From the NCBI GenBank assembly GCA_028712595.1, contig JAQTPS010000003.1, forward strand, positions 1-52,276: a DNA stretch of 52,276 nucleotides, in the 5' to 3' direction. Source of the stretch: Minisyncoccota bacterium. Its GTDB lineage: Bacteria; Patescibacteriota; Minisyncoccia; Phycocordibacterales; UBA1550. The position numbers were made by a program, and so were the translations under genes. Shown here piece by piece: positions 40,193-47,395 of this stretch. Below the pieces are notes generated by a model. That model had not been told where the DNA came from and ran no database searches. It was given only the letters and a program-made list of their open reading frames with translations. Each line of letters starts with the position of its first letter. The stretch's first letter is position 1.

Positions 40193-40294
40193 ACCCAAGC
40201 GGGGTTCAAATAGTACGAAGGGTATACAAAAACAAAAACACTTAGCGAGCTTGGTCCGTTAGGTGTTTTTTTATTTGCCACCACCCCGCTGGGT
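40193..40294. repeat. Short or degenerate copy C of the inverted-repeat element
   Basis: ACCCAAGCGGGG ... CCACCACCCCGCTGGGT encloses a terminator hairpin (AACAC.../...GTGTTTTTTT). Confidence 0.45.
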
Positions 40295-40307
40295 TTGTTT
40301 GCCTCCA

Positions 40308-40335
40308 TTGACTTTTCTGTGTTTTATGCTAAAAA
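40308..40335 (+). promoter_or_regulatory. Sigma70-type promoter, TTGACT-16-TAAAAA (TGC-extended)
   Basis: TTGACT 40308-40313 and TGCTAAAAA 40327-40335. Confidence 0.55.
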
Positions 40336-40393
40336 GAAAGCCGGCTAACACAAGTTCTTTACAACTCTTTTTCACTTCTTTCCCCAATACTCT

Positions 40394-41284
40394 ATGCCTT
40401 TAAGTAAATCTGACAAGGTTTTTCTCTTTGTTGGAGCAATTCTTGTGGTGTTGTTCTTCGCAGTCTTGGTTTTGTTTAAGTTTGGTGTTGTCGGCGCAAA
40501 AGCAGCGACTCTTGCCCAAGATTCCAAAGCAAATACAGGCGCAGGCGCGCTTTTGGTTGCCGACACAGAGTCGAGCGACCCGTTGTTCTCAAAAAGTTCT
40601 TCTGGCTCGTTCCCAGAATACATAAAAGTTACACATACTTGTAACTGGGAATGGGTCGGAGATTGTGTTATCGCAAGAACCGGTCCGGGCGACGAATACC
40701 CACATGTGACGCTTCTTAATGAAGCAGGAAGACTTAGAAATGGAGCATCATTCCATGTACTTGCATCGGCAAAAGCAAAGGATGACTCCACTTGGTATCA
40801 GTTGGAGGTTTCATCTGCATACGGGCGAATCGTAAGCAAATGGTATGTTAGAGCCGACCAAGTTGAAGAAAAGATATACTCCAGAATAGATCCTGAAAAT
40901 GACGACATAAAAAATATCAGAGTAAATATTGGAGAACAAGCAATCTATTTTTTGGAAGGGGACAACCTTATAAAGTCCTCGCTCATCTCAACAGGAAGAA
41001 ACGACAGTACCCCGCGAGGACAGTTCTACATATCAAAGAAATATCCAGTTAGACTTATGGAGAATCTTCCTAAAAAAGGAGGTCTGCCGTATACATATTT
41101 TGTTCCGGATGCTCAGCAATTTTCTTCGACGTCAGAAGGATATGGTTACTATTTGCATGCGGCGCTTTGGCACAATGATTTTGGAAAGACATATTCTCAT
41201 GGATGCATTAACCTGCCTCCTGATGTTGCCGAATGGGCTTACGACTGGACATCTGGAAGTGGAACCTCCGTGTTCATTAAGTAA
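40394..41284 (+). CDS. L,D-transpeptidase (YkuD domain) with an N-terminal anchor and SH3-like domain
   Basis: Catalytic signature YYLHAALWHNDFGKTYSHGCINL. TM anchor. The pyrimidine box CTTCTTTCCCCAATACTCT precedes the ATG. Confidence 0.85.
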   Translation: MPLSKSDKVFLFVGAILVVLFFAVLVLFKFGVVGAKAATLAQDSKANTGAGALLVADTESSDPLFSKSSSGSFPEYIKVTHTCNWEWVGDCVIARTGPGDEYPHVTLLNEAGRLRNGASFHVLASAKAKDDSTWYQLEVSSAYGRIVSKWYVRADQVEEKIYSRIDPENDDIKNIRVNIGEQAIYFLEGDNLIKSSLISTGRNDSTPRGQFYISKKYPVRLMENLPKKGGLPYTYFVPDAQQFSSTSEGYGYYLHAALWHNDFGKTYSHGCINLPPDVAEWAYDWTSGSGTSVFIK

Positions 41285-41306
41285 TCAAGGAGGAAGAGGA
41301 GAAGCA

Positions 41307-41341
41307 GGGCCGGCGTACCACGGATACGTCGGCCCTTTTTG
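41307..41341 (+). terminator. Intrinsic terminator
   Basis: GGGCCGGCGTA / TACGTCGGCCC stem followed by TTTTTG. Confidence 0.7.
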
Positions 41342-41349
41342 ATATTGCA

Positions 41350-41378
41350 TTGAACATTTTTAATAGGTGTGGTAGAAC
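41350..41378 (+). promoter_or_regulatory. Promoter TTGAAC-17-TAGAAC
   Basis: TTGAAC 41350-41355 and TAGAAC 41373-41378. Confidence 0.4.
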
Positions 41379-41416
41379 GAATCCAGAAGTTCTTCTATTT
41401 TCTCCCCACATTTCGT

Positions 41417-41890
41417 ATGACAACAACTCAAGATGTCGCTACTTGTACTGACGATGAATTTTCTATAATTTTAGCAGAGCTCAAAGACCCCGGAGACGCC
41501 CCGAATCTTTTGAGAGAAGCTTATGGAAACAAAAATCGTCAGTCGCGGATTCTTAAAAGGTGGAACAAACTCTCACACATTGAGTTATCCAAGGCTCCTT
41601 TAGAGAGAGGGCCACTGATAAGAGTTTTTGATAGGTGTCCTCCCGTAGGCACATCGCGAGAAGCTACTAAGGAAAAAATAAACGAGGTGGCATGGCGAAG
41701 TGCCAACAACGCAGACGGCCAACAACAGGGAGCATCTGTTAGGAATATGCCTGGAAGTAGGCAAGCCGGAAACGCGAGCCCTCCAAACAGCGCATCCTAT
41801 CCGCCACTCTGGTTTTATTTGTTGTGCGTCGTGGCGATTGTCGCATTTGCCCTTTTTGTTAAGGCACTTGTTGGGTGGAACTTGCGTTAA
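41417..41890 (+). CDS. Tail-anchored membrane protein (157 aa), function unknown
   Basis: Trimmed to ATG 41417, preceded by TTTTCTCCCCACATTTCGT. A single C-terminal TM helix, LWFYLLCVVAIVAFALFV. Confidence 0.6.
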   Translation: MTTTQDVATCTDDEFSIILAELKDPGDAPNLLREAYGNKNRQSRILKRWNKLSHIELSKAPLERGPLIRVFDRCPPVGTSREATKEKINEVAWRSANNADGQQQGASVRNMPGSRQAGNASPPNSASYPPLWFYLLCVVAIVAFALFVKALVGWNLR

Positions 41891-41911
41891 CTTGTGCCAA
41901 GAACAAAGTAA

Positions 41912-41945
41912 TAGCCACTCCTTCACACGTGGGGTGGCTTTTTCT
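41912..41945 (+). terminator. Intrinsic terminator
   Basis: AGCCACTCC / GGGGTGGCT stem followed by TTTTTC. Confidence 0.6.
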
Positions 41946-41952
41946 ATACCCG

Positions 41953-41980
41953 TTGACATTTTATAGTTTCGTGGTATTTA
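41953..41980 (+). promoter_or_regulatory. Sigma70-type promoter, TTGACA-16-TATTTA
   Basis: TTGACA 41953-41958 and TGGTATTTA 41972-41980. Confidence 0.5.
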
Positions 41981-42028
41981 TGTAGGTAAGCGAACTGTTC
42001 TTTACTTCTTTCTTTCCCCCCATTTTCT

Positions 42029-42217
42029 ATGGCGCACCCTGATGGTCCAGAAGTTTGCCCCTCTTGTATCGCTGGTCGGCGCGAAGCTCCCAGTCCCGCT
42101 GTGAGTAAAATGCGACAAGAATCTTTGTTGAACGCTACGAGAAAATGGGAGGCGCGCAAATTTCAACAAACAAAAGAAAGACAGGAATGCATAAAGCGTA
42201 AGTGCGGAGTACGCTAA
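42029..42217 (+). CDS. Small basic Cys-containing protein (62 aa), function unknown
   Basis: ATG is preceded by CTTTCTTTCCCCCCATTTTCT. A CPSC pair sits near the N-terminus and C..KC near the C-terminus. Confidence 0.5.
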   Translation: MAHPDGPEVCPSCIAGRREAPSPAVSKMRQESLLNATRKWEARKFQQTKERQECIKRKCGVR

Positions 42218-42238
42218 TCAAAGCAGGGAATCATCGGC

Positions 42239-42281
42239 AGGACCGGACAACACAGTTTACTGTGAAGTCCGGTCTTTTTTG
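42239..42281 (+). terminator. Intrinsic terminator
   Basis: AGGACCGGAC / GTCCGGTCT stem followed by TTTTTT. Confidence 0.7.
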
Positions 42282-42287
42282 TATCAC

Positions 42288-42315
42288 TTGACTTTTTATA
42301 TTCTTGTGGTATTTT
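42288..42315 (+). promoter_or_regulatory. Sigma70-type promoter, TTGACT-16-TATTTT
   Basis: TTGACT 42288-42293 and TGGTATTTT 42307-42315. Confidence 0.5.
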
Positions 42316-42358
42316 TGCAAACAAGTAGTCCTTTTTATTCATTTCCCCTTATCTTACT

Positions 42359-42640
42359 ATGGTCGCAATAGATGGAACTGGAACTAGTTCGTCGGCAAAC
42401 CCAAATGCTCAACATCCCGATATTGCAAGACTCGAAAGGGAATGGCAGTTCAGAAAGAAAAAGATGTGGGGCACGATAAGGATGATCGCATGGATATTAT
42501 TTGCGGTCTTTACCTTAACCGCATTGCCGGCCGCCCTACTTCTTGGGGCAGCAGTGCACTCTGTGGTGCCGATTCTGATAGTCCTTGGGATTATCGGGGT
42601 TTGTGTCTGGAGATTTGTGGTCAACTACAGAAATAACTAA
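42359..42640 (+). CDS. Small two-TM membrane protein (93 aa), function unknown
   Basis: ATG is preceded by TTCATTTCCCCTTATCTTACT. Two hydrophobic helices. Confidence 0.6.
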   Translation: MVAIDGTGTSSSANPNAQHPDIARLEREWQFRKKKMWGTIRMIAWILFAVFTLTALPAALLLGAAVHSVVPILIVLGIIGVCVWRFVVNYRNN

Positions 42641-42658
42641 CAAGATTGCCACAACCAT

Positions 42659-42691
42659 CAACACCCTATTCATAGAATAGGGTGTTTTTTG
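42659..42691 (+). terminator. Intrinsic terminator
   Basis: ACACCCTATTC / GAATAGGGTGT stem followed by TTTTTT. Confidence 0.75.
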
Positions 42692-42697
42692 TACCTA

Positions 42698-42725
42698 TTG
42701 ACATTTTTGTTGATTATGATACAGT
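42698..42725 (+). promoter_or_regulatory. Sigma70-type promoter, TTGACA-16-TACAGT (TG-extended)
   Basis: TTGACA 42698-42703 and TGATACAGT 42717-42725. Confidence 0.5.
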
Positions 42726-42762
42726 TCTAGTCAGATAAAGACCTTTGCAAATTCGTTCGAAG

Positions 42763-42815
42763 TTCGCCAAAGCCAAGAGAAGCTTGATAGATAAGCTTTT
42801 GCTGGCTTTGGCGAA
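42763..42815 (+). promoter_or_regulatory. Conserved leader hairpin, copy 4 (variant)
   Basis: TTCGCCAAAGCCAAGAGAAGCTTGA-TAGA-TAAGCTTTTGCTGGCTTTGGCGAA. Same architecture as copies 1-3, with compensatory ATGC>AAGC / GCAT>GCTT changes. Confidence 0.55.
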
Positions 42816-42869
42816 TAGGCACTTATGTCTCCACCGAAGCGCATATTTACTTCCTTCCCCAATACAAAT

Positions 42870-43349
42870 ATGCAAACACAAATTCTTGCCTGGCTCTTCA
42901 AAGACCGTGGCATAGTTGTTAAATGGTTTTCTGCCCTGACTACCACACTTTCAAAAATGTTTGACCTCGTGGCCACTACATTTTCAAAAGTGTCTGAGTT
43001 GGCTTGGTGGGCACTGGCCTTGGCGCTTGTCGTTCTGACCGGCGTGGCAACATTTTCTCTCTACGTTGGCGCAGCCGTCGTCGGCATATTGCTAATCGTG
43101 CTCGTAGCTACTGCCAAATCGGGACTCGGAATGATTCAGACTCTCGGAGGGGCAATAAGCAACGCGGGACACAACAGCGATTTCGCCAGCGCGGATGATA
43201 TTTCTTCGGACGACGAAGAAGTTCCGCTCGAAGACAATGCCGACGCGAACGATGATGAAATAGACGACGAACCAAATGATGGTATGCGACGTGCCGCCGA
43301 AAGGGGAGCACTCGCTGCCGGATTTAGAAGTCGTCGGATTTCTAGATAA
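42870..43349 (+). CDS. Membrane protein with an acidic C-terminal tail (159 aa), function unknown
   Basis: Trimmed to ATG 42870, preceded by ACTTCCTTCCCCAATACAAAT. Two TM helices and a DDISSDDEEVPLEDNADANDDEIDDEPND tail. Confidence 0.6.
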   Translation: MQTQILAWLFKDRGIVVKWFSALTTTLSKMFDLVATTFSKVSELAWWALALALVVLTGVATFSLYVGAAVVGILLIVLVATAKSGLGMIQTLGGAISNAGHNSDFASADDISSDDEEVPLEDNADANDDEIDDEPNDGMRRAAERGALAAGFRSRRISR

Positions 43350-43367
43350 CTTCAAAAAATTGTGCTT

Positions 43368-43405
43368 CAGGGACCTCGCTTCGGCTTGGTCCCTTTCTGT
43401 TTTTA
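43368..43405 (+). terminator. Intrinsic terminator
   Basis: AGGGACC / GGTCCCT stem followed by TTCTGTTTTT. Confidence 0.55.
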
Positions 43406-43409
43406 CCCC

Positions 43410-43437
43410 TTGACATTTCCTGTATATATGCTATACT
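43410..43437 (+). promoter_or_regulatory. Sigma70-type promoter, TTGACA-16-TATACT (TGC-extended)
   Basis: TTGACA 43410-43415 and TGCTATACT 43429-43437. Confidence 0.6.
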
Positions 43438-43491
43438 CTTAATAGTTAGTCAAAAAGCTCTTTTATTTCCTACCTTTTCCAAACAAACAGT

Positions 43492-43818
43492 ATGGAAAAC
43501 ACACAAAAAGTCGTTCTTGCTGTTTTAATTCCAGCGAGCTGCGTTTCTTCATTTATTCTTGGAGTATTCACAGACTCAAACGAATTTCTCAGTATGGCGA
43601 TACTTCTTTCTCTCCTTACTTTTCTCATCGCTTGCTCGACTGCGCAAATAGTCGAGGCGGTCTCGAAGATTGTGAAATTGGTGAAAGCAAAAATTCACCT
43701 TTCCAAGATCGTCAAAAGAATTCAAGCGATGAACCCAGAGTACCAAGAATGCCTCGAAGTTATGGAGGCAAGAAAAGCAAATTACGCTGTTTATTGGAAA
43801 ATGTTGAGTCAAATCTGA
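43492..43818 (+). CDS. Small two-TM membrane protein (108 aa), function unknown
   Basis: Own promoter and terminator. Two N-terminal hydrophobic helices and a basic helical C-terminus. Confidence 0.6.
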   Translation: MENTQKVVLAVLIPASCVSSFILGVFTDSNEFLSMAILLSLLTFLIACSTAQIVEAVSKIVKLVKAKIHLSKIVKRIQAMNPEYQECLEVMEARKANYAVYWKMLSQI

Positions 43819-43854
43819 TTCACATATCAACCGATAACGGCAATACAAAAACAA

Positions 43855-43887
43855 AAAGACCATACACCGAGGTGTTGGTCTTTTTTC
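43855..43887 (+). terminator. Intrinsic terminator
   Basis: AAAGACCA...TGGTCTTTTTT with inner ACACC/GGTGT pairing. Confidence 0.7.
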
Positions 43888-43975
43888 ATATCAGCTCAAT
43901 TCTTTTTCTTGGCTTGCTTCGCCTGTAATGAACCAATGCGCGCCAACGTCTTTTAGGGAAGAGAGAATTAACCCC

Positions 43976-44004
43976 TTGACTTTTTCTTGGGAGTATGCTA
44001 CACT
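43976..44004 (+). promoter_or_regulatory. Sigma70-type promoter, TTGACT-17-TACACT (TGC-extended)
   Basis: TTGACT 43976-43981 and TGCTACACT 43996-44004. Confidence 0.55.
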
Positions 44005-44043
44005 AGCACTTAGATAAGTTAAATATGCTCTTTGAAGTTTTGT

Positions 44044-44113
44044 GGGCTCGTCATAGCCAAAAGATGCTTAATTAGAGCTTGAAATATAGGCATTTGTTGG
44101 CTATGACGACGCC
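44044..44113 (+). promoter_or_regulatory. Conserved leader hairpin, copy 5
   Basis: GGGCTCGTCATAGCCAAAAGATGCTTAA...TAGGCATTTGTTGGCTATGACGACGCC. Confidence 0.65.
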
Positions 44114-44194
44114 ACCTAAACCCTCCGGGTTTTCGTCTCCATAGTATTGGAAGAAGATATTCTTTCCTTTCCCTCAAATTTTCCCCCCAATCCT

Positions 44195-44923
44195 ATGGCA
44201 AACGATAACCCAGTGGTCCTTCATTTGAATCGCAAGTTGGTAAAATTCTTTGTATGGATTGTCGCGATTGCGATAATCCTTTGGCTCCTTTGGCCCTTCT
44301 TTAAGGTCATCTGTGTGAAGTACAAAGGAGAGCTAACTATCGGAGTCAATACTCCGTGCGTTAATTGCGAAGTGAAGAAAGAAGAGCCGAAGCCACAAAA
44401 AAAGACCTATCCTGCTAAGCAGGTAGCATCTCAACCAGCACCAGCTCCTGTGCCAGAGGAGCCAACTTGGTTCGGTAGCCCCATTCCTCTTCCTGTGGTT
44501 GTGAAGAAGCTGGAACCGGTACGAACATATCGACGATATGTTCCGCCCTATAGGCCTTCTTATCCATACAGACCGCCCTACCGTGAGCCCGAAATTGTGC
44601 AACGGTTTTACGATACGACCATTCATAATGGACCGTACCAACCATCGGCGCAACCGGCATCAACGTCGACTACTGTGAATGTGCAGCAGACAACGGTTAT
44701 AAGCAACACCATCTCTGCACAACCAACACAGCCGACGCCGGCACAACAGCCTCCAGTAGGGATTACAAACAACGGGTCTACAGGGAATCCAAACACCGCA
44801 GTTGGAGCTAGTGGAATTACGAACGGAGCAACTACGGGAACGTCACAGCCCCCAGCGGGAATTACGGGTCAAGGAAATGGTTCAACCGCGAACCAAAATG
44901 GTAGTTGGACATTCCACGAGTAA
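44195..44923 (+). CDS. N-terminally anchored Pro/Thr/Gln-rich protein (242 aa), function unknown
   Basis: The track TTG start 44147 was trimmed to ATG 44195, preceded by TTTTCCCCCCAATCCT. TM anchor FFVWIVAIAIILWLLWPFF. YRPSYPYRPPYREP repeats. Confidence 0.65.
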   Translation: MANDNPVVLHLNRKLVKFFVWIVAIAIILWLLWPFFKVICVKYKGELTIGVNTPCVNCEVKKEEPKPQKKTYPAKQVASQPAPAPVPEEPTWFGSPIPLPVVVKKLEPVRTYRRYVPPYRPSYPYRPPYREPEIVQRFYDTTIHNGPYQPSAQPASTSTTVNVQQTTVISNTISAQPTQPTPAQQPPVGITNNGSTGNPNTAVGASGITNGATTGTSQPPAGITGQGNGSTANQNGSWTFHE

Positions 44924-44938
44924 CTTTACGGGAAAAGG

Positions 44939-44978
44939 CAAGTAGTCGATTAAGCCTAGAAACTTAATCGACTACTTG
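44939..44978 (+). terminator. Perfect 16-bp stem-loop after the 44195-44923 ORF (no adjacent U-run)
   Basis: CAAGTAGTCGATTAAG-CCTAGAAA-CTTAATCGACTACTTG. Confidence 0.45.
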
Positions 44979-45002
44979 ACCCGCTCCTGTATTTTTTAAA
45001 GT

Positions 45003-45020
45003 TATGAACCATGGTTCATA
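45003..45020. promoter_or_regulatory. 18-bp perfect palindrome, candidate operator
   Basis: TATGAACCATGGTTCATA, flanked by partially symmetric TTTTTAAA/TTTAAAAA, 28 nt upstream of the -35 at 45048. Confidence 0.4.
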
Positions 45021-45047
45021 GTTTTAAAAAGTAAATTTAAGCAGCAC

Positions 45048-45075
45048 TTGACTAAATTTACATTTGTGATATAAT
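45048..45075 (+). promoter_or_regulatory. Consensus promoter TTGACT-16-TATAAT (TG-extended)
   Basis: TTGACT 45048-45053 and TGATATAAT 45067-45075. Confidence 0.65.
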
Positions 45076-45168
45076 ATAACTTATAGTTATTAGATATCAA
45101 ATTTGTTCTTTATTAGCAACATTATTAGCAATTATCAAAAACCCCCGCTATGCGGGACCAAAAATTAT

Positions 45169-46794
45169 ATGAATATAAATAACATCAAATATTTTGCACT
45201 CACTCTTGCGACAATTGTCGGAGTTTTTGCGAGTGCAGGTTTTGTTTCTGCGCAGAACGTTATCGGAAGCTGTACGACAGCAACCCTTAACGGTACTGTT
45301 ATAACGCATGGAAACACAACCAATGCGTGGTTTGAAATGTCAGCAAGCCAAAGCAGGGTAGACTCTGGTACTGCATCTAGAACACCGACACAAACTTTTG
45401 CCTCGGACTCAAGTATGAGCCAGTTTGTTGACGGTCTTACCGCAAATACCACTTATTATTACAGAATCGTTGTTTCAAATTCTGTGGGTACGAGCAATGG
45501 CGCAACAGTTTCGTTCACAACAGCTTCTTGCGGTGGGGGATATGTTAATCCTACTTACACTCTTCCTTCCGTCTCAACCTACAGCGCAAACAATGTTAGC
45601 GCTAACTCTGCCGACTTCTCGGGTTATGTGAACACGAACGGTTCATCTGACACCTATCGTTGGTTTGAGTGGGGTTCTACTTCTTACACAGGAGGTTTTA
45701 CTCAGACACAACAGTACAGCCAGGGTGGATCTAGTGGAACTTTCTCCGCATCCGTTTATAACTTGGCGCCAAACACTGTTTACTATTTCCGAGCTGCTGC
45801 ACGCAACAGTCAGGGAACAGTTTACGGAAACGTTGTGTCATTTACGACATCTGGCCAGTACTACAATAATTACAACAACGTAATATACAACAACAATACT
45901 GTTGGTGTTCCAGTTGTGACTATTTCTGCAGATCAGACAGTTGTTCGTTACGGTGGAGACACTACTATCCGCTTGTCTGTTGTTAATGCAAGTTCATGTG
46001 TTGCAACAGGTGGTTCTAACGGCTGGGCCGGAACACGCAATACCGGAGTATCTAGTTTCCTCACAGGAGCTTTGACTTCGAGTACGGTTTATACAATCAC
46101 TTGTACCAACGCTAATGGCTCAACAACCAATTCCGCTACAGTGAGTGTTCAAAATCCTACTACAACGGTAACGACAGTAGTACCTACTAACACAGTTAGA
46201 AATGTGACCACAGTTGTTACTCGCGCAATAGGAACCCAGTCTCTCATATCTCTATCAATCGATGGCGGCACAGAAGCTCTTTCTGCAGGCGAAAAGCGCA
46301 CATACAAAATTACTTGGACGAACGACAGTGCACAAACCCTCTCGAATGTTGTTCTTCGTGTAGTATTTCCACAGTCAATGACATTTGACAGTACAACTAC
46401 AGGCGCATTTAGCGCAACTGACAATACTGTGACTGTAGACTTGAAGTCTTTGAACGCCGGCGAAACAGGAACAATGTCTGTTACAGGCGTTGCATACAAT
46501 TCTCTTAAGTCTGGTGAACTTGTGGTTGTAACCGCTAACATCGTTTACACTGATACCAAAGGTCTTCAGGGCTCTACAACCGCATATATAACTCATCGCG
46601 GAGCTGGCGGTGCGGTCTTGGGCGCAAGTATCTTTGGAGCAGGTTCATTCCTTCCAACGACACTCGTCGGATGGTTGCTCCTCTTCATCCTCGTTCTTGC
46701 AATCGTTCTTCTTGTCGACTATTACTATGGTCGCAGGAGAGAGCGAACAGAATCTTGGACAAAGACAGAAACCAGCGGTCCTGTTGCCAAATAA
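45169..46794 (+). CDS. Surface protein with FN3-like repeats and a DUF11/CARDB-like domain, with a C-terminal anchor
   Basis: Trimmed to ATG 45169 (signal peptide ...VGVFASAGFVSAQ). Repeats TTYYYRIVVSNSVGTSNGATVSFTT and NTVYYFRAAARNSQGTVYGNVVSFTT. The C-terminus is FLPTTLVGWLLLFILVLAIVLLV plus GRRRER. Confidence 0.8.
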   Translation: MNINNIKYFALTLATIVGVFASAGFVSAQNVIGSCTTATLNGTVITHGNTTNAWFEMSASQSRVDSGTASRTPTQTFASDSSMSQFVDGLTANTTYYYRIVVSNSVGTSNGATVSFTTASCGGGYVNPTYTLPSVSTYSANNVSANSADFSGYVNTNGSSDTYRWFEWGSTSYTGGFTQTQQYSQGGSSGTFSASVYNLAPNTVYYFRAAARNSQGTVYGNVVSFTTSGQYYNNYNNVIYNNNTVGVPVVTISADQTVVRYGGDTTIRLSVVNASSCVATGGSNGWAGTRNTGVSSFLTGALTSSTVYTITCTNANGSTTNSATVSVQNPTTTVTTVVPTNTVRNVTTVVTRAIGTQSLISLSIDGGTEALSAGEKRTYKITWTNDSAQTLSNVVLRVVFPQSMTFDSTTTGAFSATDNTVTVDLKSLNAGETGTMSVTGVAYNSLKSGELVVVTANIVYTDTKGLQGSTTAYITHRGAGGAVLGASIFGAGSFLPTTLVGWLLLFILVLAIVLLVDYYYGRRRERTESWTKTETSGPVAK

Positions 46795-46814
46795 TATTTT
46801 CAACAAATACAAAA

Positions 46815-46850
46815 AGTGCCCAGCGTCAAAATGACGCCGGGCATTTTTTG
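46815..46850 (+). terminator. Intrinsic terminator
   Basis: GTGCCCAGCGTCA / TGACGCCGGGCAT stem followed by TTTTTG. Confidence 0.7.
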
Positions 46851-46911
46851 TATTTTTTATAACGATTTTTCATCGTTTTCAAGCTTTTTCGCAAAGTGGT
46901 AAGATAGAGTT

Positions 46912-47388
46912 ATGATTCTAGGAAATTCTACAGAAGTAAAGAGTTTGGTGGAATTGCGCGCTTTGGCGGTAAAGTTTTTGGACGGAATTGCCAAAAACGA
47001 GGCAAATAAAGGGGCAACAGTTGTTTGTATGTCTGGGGATTTGGGTGCTGGAAAAACCGCGTTTGTAAAGTGTGTGGCTAGCGTTCTTGGTATCACCGAT
47101 GTGGTGACGAGCCCGACTTTTGTTCTCGAGAAGATTTATACCATTCCTGCCGGCTCTGTTGTTGGCACTCGTTTTTCAAAATTAATTCACATTGACGCAT
47201 ATCGTTTGAGAAGTGGCAAAGAAACAAGCGCTCTTGGTTTTGATGAAATCATTGCAGATAAAAATAATATTGTTTTTATCGAATGGCCGGAAAATATTCA
47301 TGACGCACTGCCAAAAGAAGTAATCAATCTATCTTTTTCTTATGTCGACGGAAATGTGCGACGTGTTGAGGAAAGAATTAGCAGGTAA
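46912..47388 (+). CDS. tsaE: tRNA t6A37 biosynthesis ATPase TsaE
   Basis: P-loop GDLGAGKTAFVK, TSPTFVL and HIDAYRL motifs. TAAGAT -10 ends 6 nt before the ATG. Confidence 0.88.
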   Translation: MILGNSTEVKSLVELRALAVKFLDGIAKNEANKGATVVCMSGDLGAGKTAFVKCVASVLGITDVVTSPTFVLEKIYTIPAGSVVGTRFSKLIHIDAYRLRSGKETSALGFDEIIADKNNIVFIEWPENIHDALPKEVINLSFSYVDGNVRRVEERISR

Positions 47389-47395
47389 TAGTATT

